From Octopus sinensis (taxonomy: Eukaryota), in assembly GCF_006345805.1 (NCBI RefSeq), contig NC_042998.1, forward strand, positions 184,946,001 through 185,010,000: 64,000 nucleotides of DNA. The letters run 5' to 3'. Numbering within the stretch: the first letter of the stretch is position 1; each line of letters starts with the position of its first letter. A program made the translations under genes and the position numbers. Under the pieces are notes generated by a model. That model was not told where the DNA came from and ran no database searches. It saw only the letters and a list, made by a program, of their open reading frames with translations. This document shows positions 12,940 to 25,989 of the stretch, one piece after another.

Positions 12940-13770
12940 ATTGGAAGATAAGAATATATGTAATCAACAGATTTAAAATGCTACCAAAACATCTTCAGGT
13001 TCATTTTTCAGAATATTGTTTAGCTATTTTAACTCACCATAAAAATTAAGCGTTAAATTAAAAATGAAAAATTAAAAATAAACTTTACAAAATTGAGAAT
13101 AAAAATTATAAATTATAAATTATAAATATAAATTAGCATACATATATCAAACTTACAATGTCAAATACAGAATGTAAATATCTTTATATATAAAAGAGAG
13201 GTTGTGTGTCTGTCTCCTACGATATAGATTCCTAACTACTCCCACATTTTGCGGTGCAGTTTAACCAAAACCGAGTATCTTATAGTCGTGATTCATATCG
13301 AGCCCTTCTGGGTATTAGCGCGCGTCTACGATGAGTCTACGATTAAAAAAAAATTTACCATCATTTTTTTCCATTTTAATGCATATTTTTCGCTATTATA
13401 TAAGGGAAGTAACTCTCTAAAAATGTCTACGATGAGTCAACGATTTAAAAAAAATTTACCATCATTTTTTTTCCATTTTTACTGCATTTTTTTGCCATTT
13501 TTTTGTTATAACTCTCTAAAAATGCTTATATAGTTATTTCCCTTACAAACCCGAGCAACGACGGGCGATACTGCTAGTATAATTATAAATCAAAATGAAG
13601 TCTGTGATTAAATGTAAAATTTTAATGTTTAATTTTAATTTAACGCTTAATTTTTATGGTGAGTAAAAATAGCTGAACAATATTCTGAAAAATGAACCAG
13701 AAGATGTGTTGGTAGAACCATATATCTGATGATTACATATATTCTTATCTTCCAATGCAGAAACACTTCC
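12940..13770. mobile_element. MITE-like element with ~140-bp inverted arms, interrupted by Helitron H1
   Basis: 12940-13075 (ttggaagataagaatatatgtaatc...aattaagcgttaaattaaaa) is reverse-complementary to 13625-13760. Confidence 0.55.
13181..13577 (+). mobile_element. Non-autonomous Helitron H1
   Basis: a|TCtttatatataaaag ... gatactgCTAG|t with a subterminal hairpin-like motif; five copies in the window. Confidence 0.9.
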
Positions 13771-13788
13771 TTTCTATATATATATATA

Positions 13789-13958
13789 GGCGTGGCTGTG
13801 TGATAAAAAGCTTGCTTCCCAACCACATGGTTCCAGTTTCAGTCCCACTGTGTGGCACCTTAGGCAAGTGTCTTCTACAATAGCCTCAGGCTGAACAAAG
13901 CCTTGTGAATGGATTTAGTAGACGGAAACTGAAATAAGCCTGTCGTATATACACATAC

Positions 13959-14040
<82 letters not shown>

Positions 14041-14258
14041 TGTGTCTGTGTGTGTGTGTGTGTGTGTGTATGTGTGTGTGCTTGTCCCCCAACCATGACT
14101 CAACAACCGATGCTGGTGTATTTACGTCCCCGTAAATTAGCGATTTGGCAAAAGGAGAAGATAGAATAAGTACTAGGCTTACAAAAAATAAGTCTGTTCG
14201 ACTAAAGGTGGTGCTCAAGCATGGCCGTAGTAAAATGACTGAAACAATTAAAAGAATA
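13789..14258 (+). mobile_element. tRNA-derived SINE, family C, full copy with internal (TA)/(TG)n microsatellite
   Basis: Head ggcgtggctgtgtgataaaaagc...gtttcagtccc, CORE-like ggcaccttaggcaagtgtc, tail aaatgactgaaacaattaaaagaataaa; a homologous tail lies at 55135-55345. Confidence 0.8.
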
Positions 14259-14468
14259 AAGGAAAAAAAAAATATATATATATATATAAATATCATTTAT
14301 GTATAATTTGATTGAACGCGACGCATCCATTTCTAAGTAACTATACATACATACCATATATATCACGTGACCAACCAGACCATCAGATGTTGTTACACAT
14401 CGCTGGTCACAATGCGTTCGCATTGTTTTAGCCTTCGAATGACGCCACCCCGCTGGTTAAGCGAGCAG

Positions 14469-14504
<36 letters not shown>

Positions 14505-14605
14505 CACATACACACACACACTCACACACACGCGCGCTCACACACACACACTCACACACACACACACATATATATGTATATATATATATACATTCAAAAT
14601 TTGAC

Positions 14606-14795
14606 TGCGTGTGTACCGTTGGCGATTTCTTTCTCCGTGTTCCCTTCCTTGGATCTTTCCTTTTCCTATGTTTCAGACGAAGAGCTCTGCTCGAAACGTT
14701 AAATCGTCCTTCTTTCTTTCCTTTCTTGAGCGTCCAATAACACTATACTTGTTCCACGTCCTCGCGTTGTTGTGTTTTCATCTTTGGATTAACTA
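14606..14795 (+). repeat. Dispersed ~190-bp repeat carrying the family-B hammerhead motif (likely Penelope terminal fragment)
   Basis: Homologous to the reverse complement of 55751-55950 and 56395-56595. Confidence 0.8.
14670..14704 (+). ncRNA. Minimal type I hammerhead motif, family B (this copy has U4A)
   Basis: gttt-CAGACGA-a-gagc-tct-gctc-GAAACGTT-aaa; palindromic ACGT stem III. Confidence 0.55.
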
Positions 14796-14811
14796 TACAC
14801 ACACACTCACA

Positions 14812-14868
<57 letters not shown>

Positions 14869-14888
14869 CGCTAAGATAAATATTTCAA

Positions 14889-14958
14889 TTACCTGAAGAT
14901 TGACTGTAACCATAACTCTAATTATTACGAATTGGACAGCCATAAAACGATCGTAGTG
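14889..14958 (+). ncRNA. Degenerate type I hammerhead motif, family D (G12A)
   Basis: CTGAAGA 14893-14899; stem II tgactgt/acagcca; aaaac in place of GAAAC; palindromic ACGATCGT followed by A17. Confidence 0.45.
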
Positions 14959-15205
14959 TTTTACTCATTATCTTTTATTAAACTTTTAATACTTTTGATA
15001 TATATTTAAAATAATATTAATTAATTAATTTTATGTATTGGCTTAAGTTTTTCATTGTTTCATTTGCCTTAATGGTTTTTATCTCTAATTTACTATATTT
15101 ATAATATATATATATATATTATATATATATATATATATATTTTATTATATAGAAGGAGCTTCTACAGACTATACTGTTTCATTCAAGAGATCAACCCGGA
15201 CCTAC

Positions 15206-15237
<32 letters not shown>

Positions 15238-16364
15238 TATATAAAGAGAGAGAGAGAGAGAGTATCACCCATTGTGATTTCCCAAGTGATCTCCCAAGTG
15301 ATTTCCCCTCACTTAGAAACCAATTGGTTTCATTTGCCGAAGCTTATACCTGCTGTGGGTGACAGAGCAAAAACTGAAAGTTTTCTTTGCACTGGGTTTT
15401 TAGTTTAAGTGTCTACATTACTGGCTAATCAGTTGTTTATCTTTGGGCAAACTTGATGATTTGGTCGCTGGATGTCTTGATGGGTTGGTGTGGGAGGGAG
15501 GGGGTGGTTCGTGATAGTTTGCTTATTCGTGGTGGATTATAATCGTATTTGTAGTAATAGCATTGGTTGTTACATTGGTGATGTTCGAGAACGACGTTGA
15601 TATCATTTGTAATTGCGTGATAGTACGGTGATTTGCAGAGGTGGTGGTGGTGGTGGCGGCGGCGGCAGTGATGGATATGGTGGTTACTTTGGTAATGAGT
15701 GAGAGCAGTGCTGATAAAACTTACGGTTGTGGAGGTGGGTTGCGCAATGCTTGAGTGTGATGACATTTAACATAGGTGGAGGTGGCAGCGGAGGGAGGCA
15801 ATGGCTGCGGCGAAGGCTGTAGTGATGGTGACGGTTGCGGTGGTGGTGAGGATGGTGCTGGTGCTTCTGATTCTGCTGCTGAAGGCTGTGGTTGTTGTGG
15901 TGATGGTTAGTGTGTTTGTGGTGCTGGTGATAACTTCGGCAGTGCTTGAGAATGGATGTTGACGGTAGCCGTGGTAGTAAAGACCGCGATAAGAGCATTT
16001 GATCCGGTTGCGGTTGTTGTCAGGTGGTGATCCTGACGATGCCTGAGTATGGTGTTGTCAACCGCAGCAGCAGCATGAGAAATAGTCGTGATAATAGCAG
16101 TAATCCTAATAGTAGTAGTAGTAGTCGTAGTAGTTGTGGTTGCTTAGCCCAAGGCCCGTTAGACCTATGATCAAAAGCATTGCCACCTATGAACAAACAC
16201 GCCGATTTTTATTATTTTTTTTACTTTTTCAGTTTTCTGTATTAGATGTGTATCTAAGCTGTGGCTGAATGGAAACAGAAGAGGTGAGAAGGGGAGGCAT
16301 TAGCAGTGGTGATGAGCAGTGAGGTAACTGTGGTGAAGTTCATAGATATTGGTTCTTGGAGTTG

Positions 16365-16560
<196 letters not shown>

Positions 16561-16879
16561 GATGATGAGATGATGATGATGATGATGATATGATGATGAT
16601 GATGATGGATGATTGATGATGATGATGATGATGATGATGGGGATGGATGATGATGATGATGATGGATGGATGATGATGATGATGATGATGGTGGTGATGA
16701 TGATGATGATGATGGTAATGAAGGTGATGTGACTGTGAGGTTAAGGAGCTCGCTTTGCAGCCACCTGGTTTCAGGTTCCGTCCCAATTCGTGGACCCTTA
16801 GGCGAGAGTCTTCTACTAAAGTTGCGGGCGTACCAAAGCCTTGTTAGTGAATATGGTTGACGGAACTGTGTGGAAGTCC

Positions 16880-17140
16880 ATTATGTATGTGTGTGTGTGT
16901 ATGTCTGTGTACGGACGTGTGTGTATAAGTTTATTATGTGTGTGTGTATGTAAGTCTATTATGTGTGTGTATAAGTCTATTATATGTATGTGTGTGTTTG
17001 TGTGTGTAAGTCTATTATGAGTGTATGTGTAAATCTATTATGTGTGTGCGTGAGTGTAAGTTTATTGTGTGTGCGTGTGTAAGTCTATTATGTGTGTGTG
17101 AGTGTAAATCTATTATATGTGTGTAAGTATATTTCGTATG
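16880..17140. repeat. ~20-24-bp minisatellite (aagtctattatgtgtgtgtg)n
   Basis: About 10 degenerate tandem units are visible. Confidence 0.8.
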
Positions 17141-17329
17141 TGTGTGTGTTTTGTGTCTGTCCCCATGTCACCGTTTGCCATACTAGTCTTAAAACAAAAT
17201 TTGTTCGCCTAAACCAGTTCTCAGCCATATTTTGCCCGTGGACCCCTTTGATCCCTATTTTACTCTATTAGACCTCCATAGCTATCGATGTAAGAAAAAA
17301 AAATTCTGGTCTATTTTTATAATCATATA

Positions 17330-18574
17330 TCAAGTTGAGTAAAAAGTAAACAACGTTTTGAACAATGAAGAATTCGTACCGGATTTTTCCAGAGTTTTGA
17401 ATTTTTTAAAACATTTTTTGCAATTGTCTGATAATACAGATATAGACTTGCCCAAGTGCATCAATAAATTAACGTTGATAATTTTTCCCCGTTGTTACAA
17501 TCATCTGAAATGGAACTGCCAAAGCGTGGTATTCGAGCAATTTTGCTATTCAACTTCAAAAAAGTACGTAAAACAGCTGAAACTGCTCGCGATATCAACG
17601 AAACGTTTGGTGAGGAAATGACTAGTGAGTGTTTAAACGATTTCGTAGTGGAGACCTGAGCCTTAAAGATAGTGAGCGTAGTGGACGCCCATCTGTCATC
17701 GATGACGGTCAATTAAAGACCGTCATTAGGAAAGATCCACGTAAAGACTCACGAGAACTGATAAAAGAACTACAAGTTTGCTGAAAAACTGCCTGCAACC
17801 ATTTGCATGTGATCGGAAAATCGAAAAAGCTCAACAAATGGGTACCACACGGGTTGAATGAAAATCAGGAAATGCGCAGATAAGAAATTTGTTCGTCGCT
17901 TCTTCTCCGTAACCAGACCGATCCATTTCTCGACCGTATTGTAACTTGCGTTGAAAAGTGGATTCTGTACAATAATAAAGAACGTTCTTCGCAGTGGTTG
18001 GACCGAAATGAACCTTCCCTAAACCCAAGTTCTTCAAAAAGAAGGTTATGGTGACTGTTTGGTAGTGTACTGCTGGACTCATCCTCTAATACTTCTTAAA
18101 CCCCGGAAAACCATTACTACAGAAACATATTGACATGAAATTGCCAAAATCAACGAAATGCTGCTATTCTTCCGTCCCAGACAGGTTGCCAATCATTTTT
18201 CTTGACAAGGCTTCACCACACGTTTCGCCAATGACGCTCCAGAAGTTGAGGGAACTTGGCTACGAAGTTATTCCCCACCCAGCCTATTTCTCAGGCCTTT
18301 CTCCCACCAGCTACCACTTTTTCAAGCACGTTGATGGTTTCCTGCGAGAGAAGGAGTTCAAAAATCAAGCCGATGCTGAAAGTGCGTTTAAAGAGTTCAT
18401 CAGCCCCAGAACTCCAGATTTTTATGTTGCCGGAATAAATAAACTTGTAACTCGTTGGCAAAATTGTGTTGATTGTAATGGTGCTTACTTTGATGAATAA
18501 AATTTTCGCATTGTTGAAATATATTTTGATGAATTTCATGTTTCAAAATGTTGCTTACTTTTTATTCAGCCAGA
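17330..18574 (+). mobile_element. Full-length decayed mariner (D,D34D-type) transposon
   Basis: Degenerate TIRs tcaagttgagtaaaaagtaaacaacgttttgaa / ttcaaaatgttgcttactttttattcagccaga flanked by TA. Motifs ETARDINETFGE, KWVPHGL, EKWILY and HPAYFSGLSPTSYHFF; stops and frameshifts. Confidence 0.9.
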
Positions 18575-18764
18575 TACTATTAGGAATTGTATTTAAAAAA
18601 AAAAAACATTTAAAATGCTTTGTGTATTGTAGAAATGTAAGACAACCTAGTTTCAGTTTCAGCAATCTTTTGCTTATTAATGGTACAAATATATATAAAA
18701 AGGAAGGGAGGTTATATATACACCACACACATATATATATATATATATATATAATATATATATT

Positions 18765-18831
<67 letters not shown>

Positions 18832-18932
18832 TTTGCTTACATGCGTTACCACATACTTACATATAGTATATATACATAAACGCATATAATATTCAGACAC
18901 ACCGAATCATGCATACACACACAACACACACG

Positions 18933-18970
<38 letters not shown>

Positions 18971-19401
18971 ACACACACACACACAATAGGCAGACGTGCA
19001 GAATCGTCGAGGACAACGACAGCATCTGTTTCGATGCACATTTCTGTGCAGGCACGCATGCACGTGCAGGCTAAATGAACACGAACACGTGCTGCGCAAA
19101 CAATTGGGCATAAAAATATCCTTATTCGTTCGGGCGTGTCTTGTGAGTGTGGACTGGATCTGTGTGTATGCATGTGTGTGTGTCTCGGTTTGAATGGATG
19201 TGCGTTCGCGCGGTACGTCATTGCATTTGTGTTTGTGTGTGTATGTGTGTGAGTGTCTCTGTGTGCGCGCGCGCGTCCGTGAGTGTGTATGTCTGCGCGC
19301 TCGTGTCCGTAGGTCTGTACGTAACTCCTGCGGTTCTCTTCTGCATATGCTTCAGTGCGGGTGTATCTTGTGTGTGTAAGTGTTCGTATGCCTATGCGTG
19401 A

Positions 19402-19468
<67 letters not shown>

Positions 19469-19474
19469 ATCGAT

Positions 19475-19534
<60 letters not shown>

Positions 19535-19993
19535 CACACACATATATATATATATATATATGTTGAGAGGGAGAGAAAGGGAGAAAGAGAAGAGAGAGAG
19601 AAATGGAGAGAATGAGAGTTTTGCATGTGCGTCCTTGTATGTGTGTCTATGTTTGAAACTAGTACAGATTTGACCGGCCACACTGGAGCATGTTACGTGA
19701 GTGCGAATAAATATCTAACGTGTCTGTGTGTAGATGCGTGTTTGTGTTTGTGTGTATGTGTTTTCTGTGTGTGTGTGTGTGTGTATGCGTACGCGTGTGT
19801 GAATGTTTGTGTGTGTGTGTGAGTGTGCTTGCGTGCGTATGTGTGCGATTTGATTTGCGTGATTGGTCACATTTAGCCCCGGAGCCTTACGGAGTACAGC
19901 CGGAAGATAAACAGTACGATGGAGTGAGTTAGTTAACAAGGGAGGAGAAAGTCATAAAGTAAAAAGAGCGACAGTGTGTGTGTATGTGTGTGT

Positions 19994-20032
<39 letters not shown>

Positions 20033-20249
20033 GCAGGCAGACTGTTAAACAGACTGAGAGTGAGTGTATGTGCGTGTTTACGCTCTACTGAAATTAGTAA
20101 GAAGATAAACAGCGTAAGACAGCTTGTTAGTTGGCTAACAAGATGGCTGACTGGTTCATATAGAGACTTTTCTGATATGAGAATATCGTTGAATATCGTT
20201 GGGAAGCGTGTGTATATGTTTACGCTTGACTACGCGAGTGTAAGGGTAA

Positions 20250-20296
<47 letters not shown>

Positions 20297-20650
20297 ACAA
20301 CACACACACACATACACACACACACAAAAGGGGTGGAAGAGAGAGAGTGAAGGAGAAGGAGAGAATTGAGGAAGAGTTTGCATATATGAAAAAGAGAGAA
20401 GAAAGGTGTGTGTGTGTGTGTATGTGTGCGTGTGAGTGTGTGTGTGTGTGTGTGCATGTGTGCGTGTGAGTGTGTGTGTATGTGTGTGTGCGTGCGCATT
20501 TTCAGTATGATTCTTTGTCGTATCTGGCACAGTCAATTGCTGGTACGATTTTACATGTGTTAGGTATACTGTATATCAAATATACATGTTCATAATATTG
20601 CATACAGCCTTCTTACTCATTTTTGTGTACACAGATGCTAACACACACGC

Positions 20651-20685
<35 letters not shown>

Positions 20686-20814
20686 CATATGCACACATTA
20701 ATTTAAAACACAACCGAAAGGGCTACTAATTGTTTCATGCTTTTATGATACTTGAACAGGCATATTTATAAAGTACGCTATACAAGCAATCTTTCAGGCT
20801 CCGTTTATGCGTTA

Positions 20815-21213
20815 CTAGCAGTATCGCCCGGCGTTGCTCGGGTTTGTAAGGGAAATAACTATATAAGCATTTTTAGAGAGTTATAGCCAAAAAATAGCAA
20901 AAAAATGCATTAAAAATGGAAAAAAAATTATGGTAAATTTTTTTTTGAAATCGTTGACTCATCGTAGACATTTTTAGAGCGTTACTTCCCTTATATAATA
21001 GCGAAAAATATGCATTAAAATGGAAAAAAATTATGGTAATTTTTTTTTTAATCGTAGACTCATCGTAGACGCGCGCTAATACCCAGAAGTGCTCGATATG
21101 AATCACGACTATATGATACCTGGTTTTGGTTAAACTGTACCGCAAAATGTGGGAGTAGTTAGGAATCTATATCGTAGGAGACAGACACACAACCTCTCTT
21201 TTATATATAAAGA
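20815..21213 (-). mobile_element. Non-autonomous Helitron H1
   Basis: CTAG at 20815, TC end at 21213, A|T site. Confidence 0.9.
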
Positions 21214-21814
21214 TATATATTTTAAAAAGCAAGGACTCTGGGCAGTAAGAAAATAACAAAAATTGTAGGAAAAACGTGAAGAAAATTGGTGCAGAAAATG
21301 AAATGAAATCAAGAAAATTAAGACCCTCGTCCTCCCTGATTGCAGAAAGCTCATTAAATGTTGAGACAGAGAGAAGGAGGGGGAAAACAGGAAGACGAAA
21401 TGGCGAAAGAGAAGAGAGAGAGAGTGGCAGAGAAATGGAGAGAGAGAGAGGAGAGAAATTGAGAGGGAGAAGGGGAGTTTTACATTTGCGTCCTTGTATG
21501 TGTGTCTATGTTTCAAACTAATGCAGATTTGACAGGCCACACTGGAGCCTTGTTACGTCCGTATGGAACAAAATAACTGAAAATATGTCAAAGTTTGCAA
21601 TACAGCAACTCAATCTGGAAGGGATGCGTCCTCCAATTCGATAAAACAAAACCTGTACACGTATTTACAGCTGCTAAAAATTTCAGATCTGTAATAAAAC
21701 AGTGTGTTGGGATTGTTGACCTAAGAAGAATATGAAAGGTTTCTGCAACGCATAAGTTGCATTTCTTAGGGCCTTTAATTTATGGCTTAGATTTTTCCAC
21801 TATTCAACCTCATA

Positions 21815-22110
21815 TCTTTATATATAAAAGAAAAGTTGTGTGTCTGTCTACTCCGATTTAGATTCCTAACTACTTCCACATTTTGCGGTGCAGTTTAACC
21901 AAAACCAGGTATCTTATAGTCGTGATTCATATCGAGCCCTTCTGGGTATTAGCGCGCGTCTACGATAAGTCTACGATTTAAAAAAAAATTACCATCATTT
22001 TTTTTCCATTTTTAATGCATTTTTTTGCAATTTTTTGGCTATAACTCTCTAAAAATGCTTATATAGTTATTTCCCTTACAAACTCGAGCAACGCCGGACG
22101 ATACTGTTAG
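21815..22110 (+). mobile_element. Non-autonomous Helitron H1 (shorter, TTAG end)
   Basis: a|TCtttatatataaaag ... gagcaacgccggacgatactgTTAG|t; lacks one internal repeat. Confidence 0.85.
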
Positions 22111-22769
22111 TTTGATATAAACCTAAATTTTTGTTCCAGCAATACGCTGATCTACTTCACCGGGACTCATAGGGCGAACTTCAGCCAAGATCTGTTGCTA
22201 TACTTAATCGTGTAATGAAGATTTTCAATCTCTCTACGAAGATCCTTGTGTACATCTCAGCTATAAGCGTCATATTCAGTTGTTGTACTCTGTGTGTGTG
22301 TGTGTTTTTGTGCGTGTGTGCGTGTGTGTGTGTGCCATACATTTAAATACTTATGTTCAATACAAATGTTCTCTTCATTAAATGTTCTCAAGTGACATAT
22401 TTACCAAAGTATTATGTCATCTAATTGTTTACTTGTTAATATATTGACTGCATTTCCATGATATTTCTAGGCTCAAGTTATGGGCTTGTGAGATAGGTTA
22501 TCGATTTTTACAGAATTTAAGTAAATTAATTCGCTATTATATAAAAAATTATACGTTCTTCTCTCTGTGGTTATATGTTTCTAGTTTAATACCCCTGTTA
22601 TGTGTGTTCGCTAGTAACAGATTGAAGATATGTTTTATATCTCAGTCTTTTTAGTTTGAGGATAAGGAATAGGAATATATTTCTAAGAGCTTTGTGTTTA
22701 ATTGCTAAACGCAGTCGTAGAAGTGGGGCCAATCTTAAACCATTAAAGAAATCCTAATTGTGAACAACA

Positions 22770-23190
22770 TAAACTTAGATAAACTTAGATATGTTTCGAC
22801 CAAAGATTGGTCCAGGCCATGTCTAAATTAATAGCACCACCTGATATGATTATCTAAATCCTGTTTAAGTCAAATTTTGTTTGTGGTCCATTCAAGTAGT
22901 GAGTTTTTGTTGGGTGAGTTGTATCCAATTATGGGTGGCTTATCTGGTATTCCTTGAAGGAATCTATCCAGACTCCGTTTAGAGTTGATGGGATCCTTTT
23001 CCTCTTTGATCTCTTTCGGGACAATGTTAAATAGGACAGGGCCTGTTGAGGAAAATAAATTATGTTGCAGTGTACATATATGTTGTGATCCTGAATTGGG
23101 CAGGGGACGTATGGCCCGTGGTCCCAGTCTTGGATGAACCTTGAAGCTAATGTTCAGGTCGTTTGGGCAAAGTTGGAAATTCAATTATAA
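22770..23190 (-). mobile_element. 3' end of a CR1/L2-group LINE
   Basis: GPVLFNIVPKEIK...KRSLDRFLQGIPDKP...NSLLEW, then a 3'UTR stem-loop gacca-atctt-tggtc and a (tctaagtt)n tail. Second copy at 51470-51957. Confidence 0.7.
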
Positions 23191-23395
23191 GCTGATACAA
23201 ACATTACAAATGTATATAAAGTTACAAAATATATTTAAACACATGAACTTATGTTGCATCAGTTTCAATAAACATAATTTGTAACTCGTTTTAGCAGTAT
23301 TTCGCCCGGCGTGCAAACGATTCTACCAGCTCACCGCCTTAATGTCAAAAAGAAAGCCTTCCATAGATAGGATAATCATAAAGTCATACGCATAA

Positions 23396-23615
23396 AGGCG
23401 GCGAGCTGGCAGAATTGTTAGCATGCCGGGCGAAATGCTTTGCGGTATTTCGTCCGCCGCTGCGTTCTGAGTTCAAATTCCGCCGAGGTCGACTTTGCCT
23501 TTCATCCTTTCGGGGTCGATAAATTAAGTACCAGTTACGCACTGGGGTCGATGTAATCGACTTAATCCCTTTGTCTGTCTTTGTTTGTCCCCTTTATGTT
23601 TATCCCCTTGTGGGT
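23396..23615 (+). mobile_element. SINE family M
   Basis: ggcggcgagctggcagaattgttagc ... gagttcaaattcc ... ggggtcgataaattaagtaccag. Confidence 0.9.
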
Positions 23616-23985
23616 AATAAGAAAACATAAAGTCATACGCATGTTTTTTCGAAATATTGAATAACAAAATAGATTCAGAATAAAAGCAGTAAGGAAAGGA
23701 AAAAAAAAAGAATTTACATGTCTTAATGATTTAAACGTAAATCGCTTACTGGGGATAACGTTAGTACCGTGAAAATGTTGATATCGCAGCACTATGATAA
23801 TTCTTTCTAAGTTTTGTCACAAGGCCAGCAACTTTGAGAGGAGGAAAAAGTCTATTATACTAACCTTAGGGCAGTGCTCAACTGGTACTCATTTTATCGA
23901 CCCGAAAACGGAAAAAGTGTCAAATTTTCAGTCAACAAGGTTTAGTTATAAGCGCAGCAGCAGTTGCAATAAATACAATTGCACA

Positions 23986-24345
23986 TCTTTATATATAAAA
24001 GAAAGGTTGTGTGTCTGTCTACTCCGATTTAGATTCCTAACTACTCCCACATTTTGCGGTGCAGTTTAACCAAAACCGAGTATCTTATAGTCGTGATTCA
24101 TATCGAGCCCTTCTGGGTATTAGCGCGCGTCTACGATGAGTCTACGATTTAAAAAAAAATTTATCATAATTTTTTCCATTTTAATGCATATTTTTTTAAA
24201 TATAAGGGAAGTAACTCTCTAAAAATGTCTACAATGAGTCAACGATTAAAAAAAAAAAATTTGCTATTTTTTGGCTATAACTCTCTAAAAATGCTTTATA
24301 GTTATTTCCCTTACAAACCCGAGCAACGCCGGGCGATACTGCTAG
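23986..24345 (+). mobile_element. Non-autonomous Helitron H1
   Basis: a|TC ... cccgagcaacgccgggcgatactgCTAG|t. Confidence 0.9.
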
Positions 24346-24552
24346 TTCACTATAAAATTAGGAGTACCCAATTACTGCTGCAGATTGATAAACCAGAAAC
24401 TACATCATCCAGTCAATCCTTGTTGAACCGTTCACGATGAAACTGTATAATTACAGACGATCTTACAGTGTTTATTTTTCAGACTAAAAATAACTTTGGA
24501 GTATACCCAAAGCTAAATACAATTTCATAACGGCTTTAAAATGTAGGCGATT

Positions 24553-24599
24553 TGATTGCTGACGAAGATTCATGAACTAGAAACGACATCGTACAGTCA
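24553..24599 (+). ncRNA. Type I hammerhead motif with canonical core
   Basis: Stem I tgattg/cagtca; CTGACGA 24559-24565; irregular stem II; GAAAC 24580-24584; near-palindromic acga-ca-tcgt; GUA 24591-24593. Confidence 0.65.
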
Positions 24600-24962
24600 T
24601 TCACTCTTTAACTGTCTACGTTTTATTGTACAATAAACAAGCCTGGTTCATGTATCTTGTAGTTAATTAATTAATTAAATAATTAAACCTATTTAATTAA
24701 TTTACAAGCAAAGTGACGGCTAAACGTTTGGATATATCCAAACACTTAAAAACATAAAAAGGACCGCATACATGCATAGGTACTAATTCTGACTCAAGAT
24801 TGGTAAGAGTGACCCGAATTTCAACTGTTAGTGTTTTTTTCTAAATTGATAGCATGAATAAACTGCCTCGCGCCGTCTCGCGCCGCTTCGCATGCCTTGT
24901 ACTGTCAACAATTTACAATAAATATATATACCAAATATTATATATTTAATGAGTATATATAT

Positions 24963-25140
<178 letters not shown>

Positions 25141-25147
25141 TATATAT

Positions 25148-25203
<56 letters not shown>

Positions 25204-25580
25204 ATGTGTGTGTGTGTGTGTGCGTACATGTACACGCAACTACATACGTACATATATATAGATACATACTTGTGTTTTCGTATTTATGCATATGTGTGTG
25301 CATGTGTGTGTGTGTGTGTGTGCATGTATATGTAGATAGATATAGACACACGCATATGTAGATATATATACGCACGCATGTATGCATGCATGTGGAATTG
25401 TATGTAGGATGAGGGTTGCGCGTGTGTACGTTGGAGGGGGGAGGCCGTGCGTGTGTATGTGTTTATATCTGTGTATAATATAAAGAACAATACCATCGGC
25501 AAAAATATATATCAGAGCCACCACTGCCGCATTAGCATCAGCACCAACTCTGCATTACACACACCCACGCACACACACAT

Positions 25581-25613
<33 letters not shown>

Positions 25614-25989
25614 ACACACACACACACACACACCACACACACACACATACATACGCCTCCACACACAACACGTTTTTCATATTCAAAGTCAGTGAAGATC
25701 CCTTCATGTACTTGCAGCAAAAATTTTCATAAGTTTCGCCCAGTCATGTGTGTCCGATGTTTCTTTTTTTTGCGTCTAATAACGGGAGGAAGACAACGAC
25801 GACGACATCGTCAGTCACAATAATAACAAACAGTCGTAGTATTGGAAGCGGAAATAACAACAACATCAACAACAATAACGATAACAACAACAGCAACAAC
25901 AACAATAACGATAACCGCATCTGCATTAATATCAAAAACAGTAACAACGGCGACGAAGATTATTGATAATAACAATAACGCTGATCATA

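Noticed and set aside
13725-13770. CTGATGA...GAAAC hammerhead-like spacing
   Set aside because: No pairing stem II, no NUH triplet and no stem I; it lies in a MITE arm.
15437-16100. His/Thr/Gln-rich minus-strand ORFs
   Set aside because: Degenerate triplet repeats with stops in alternative frames; no recognisable domain.
19015-19060. Minus-strand tgcaca-GAAA-tgtgca hairpin followed by GAAAC-ag-atg-ct-GTC
   Set aside because: The 3' half looks like a hammerhead but there is no CUGANGA-like core or stem I.
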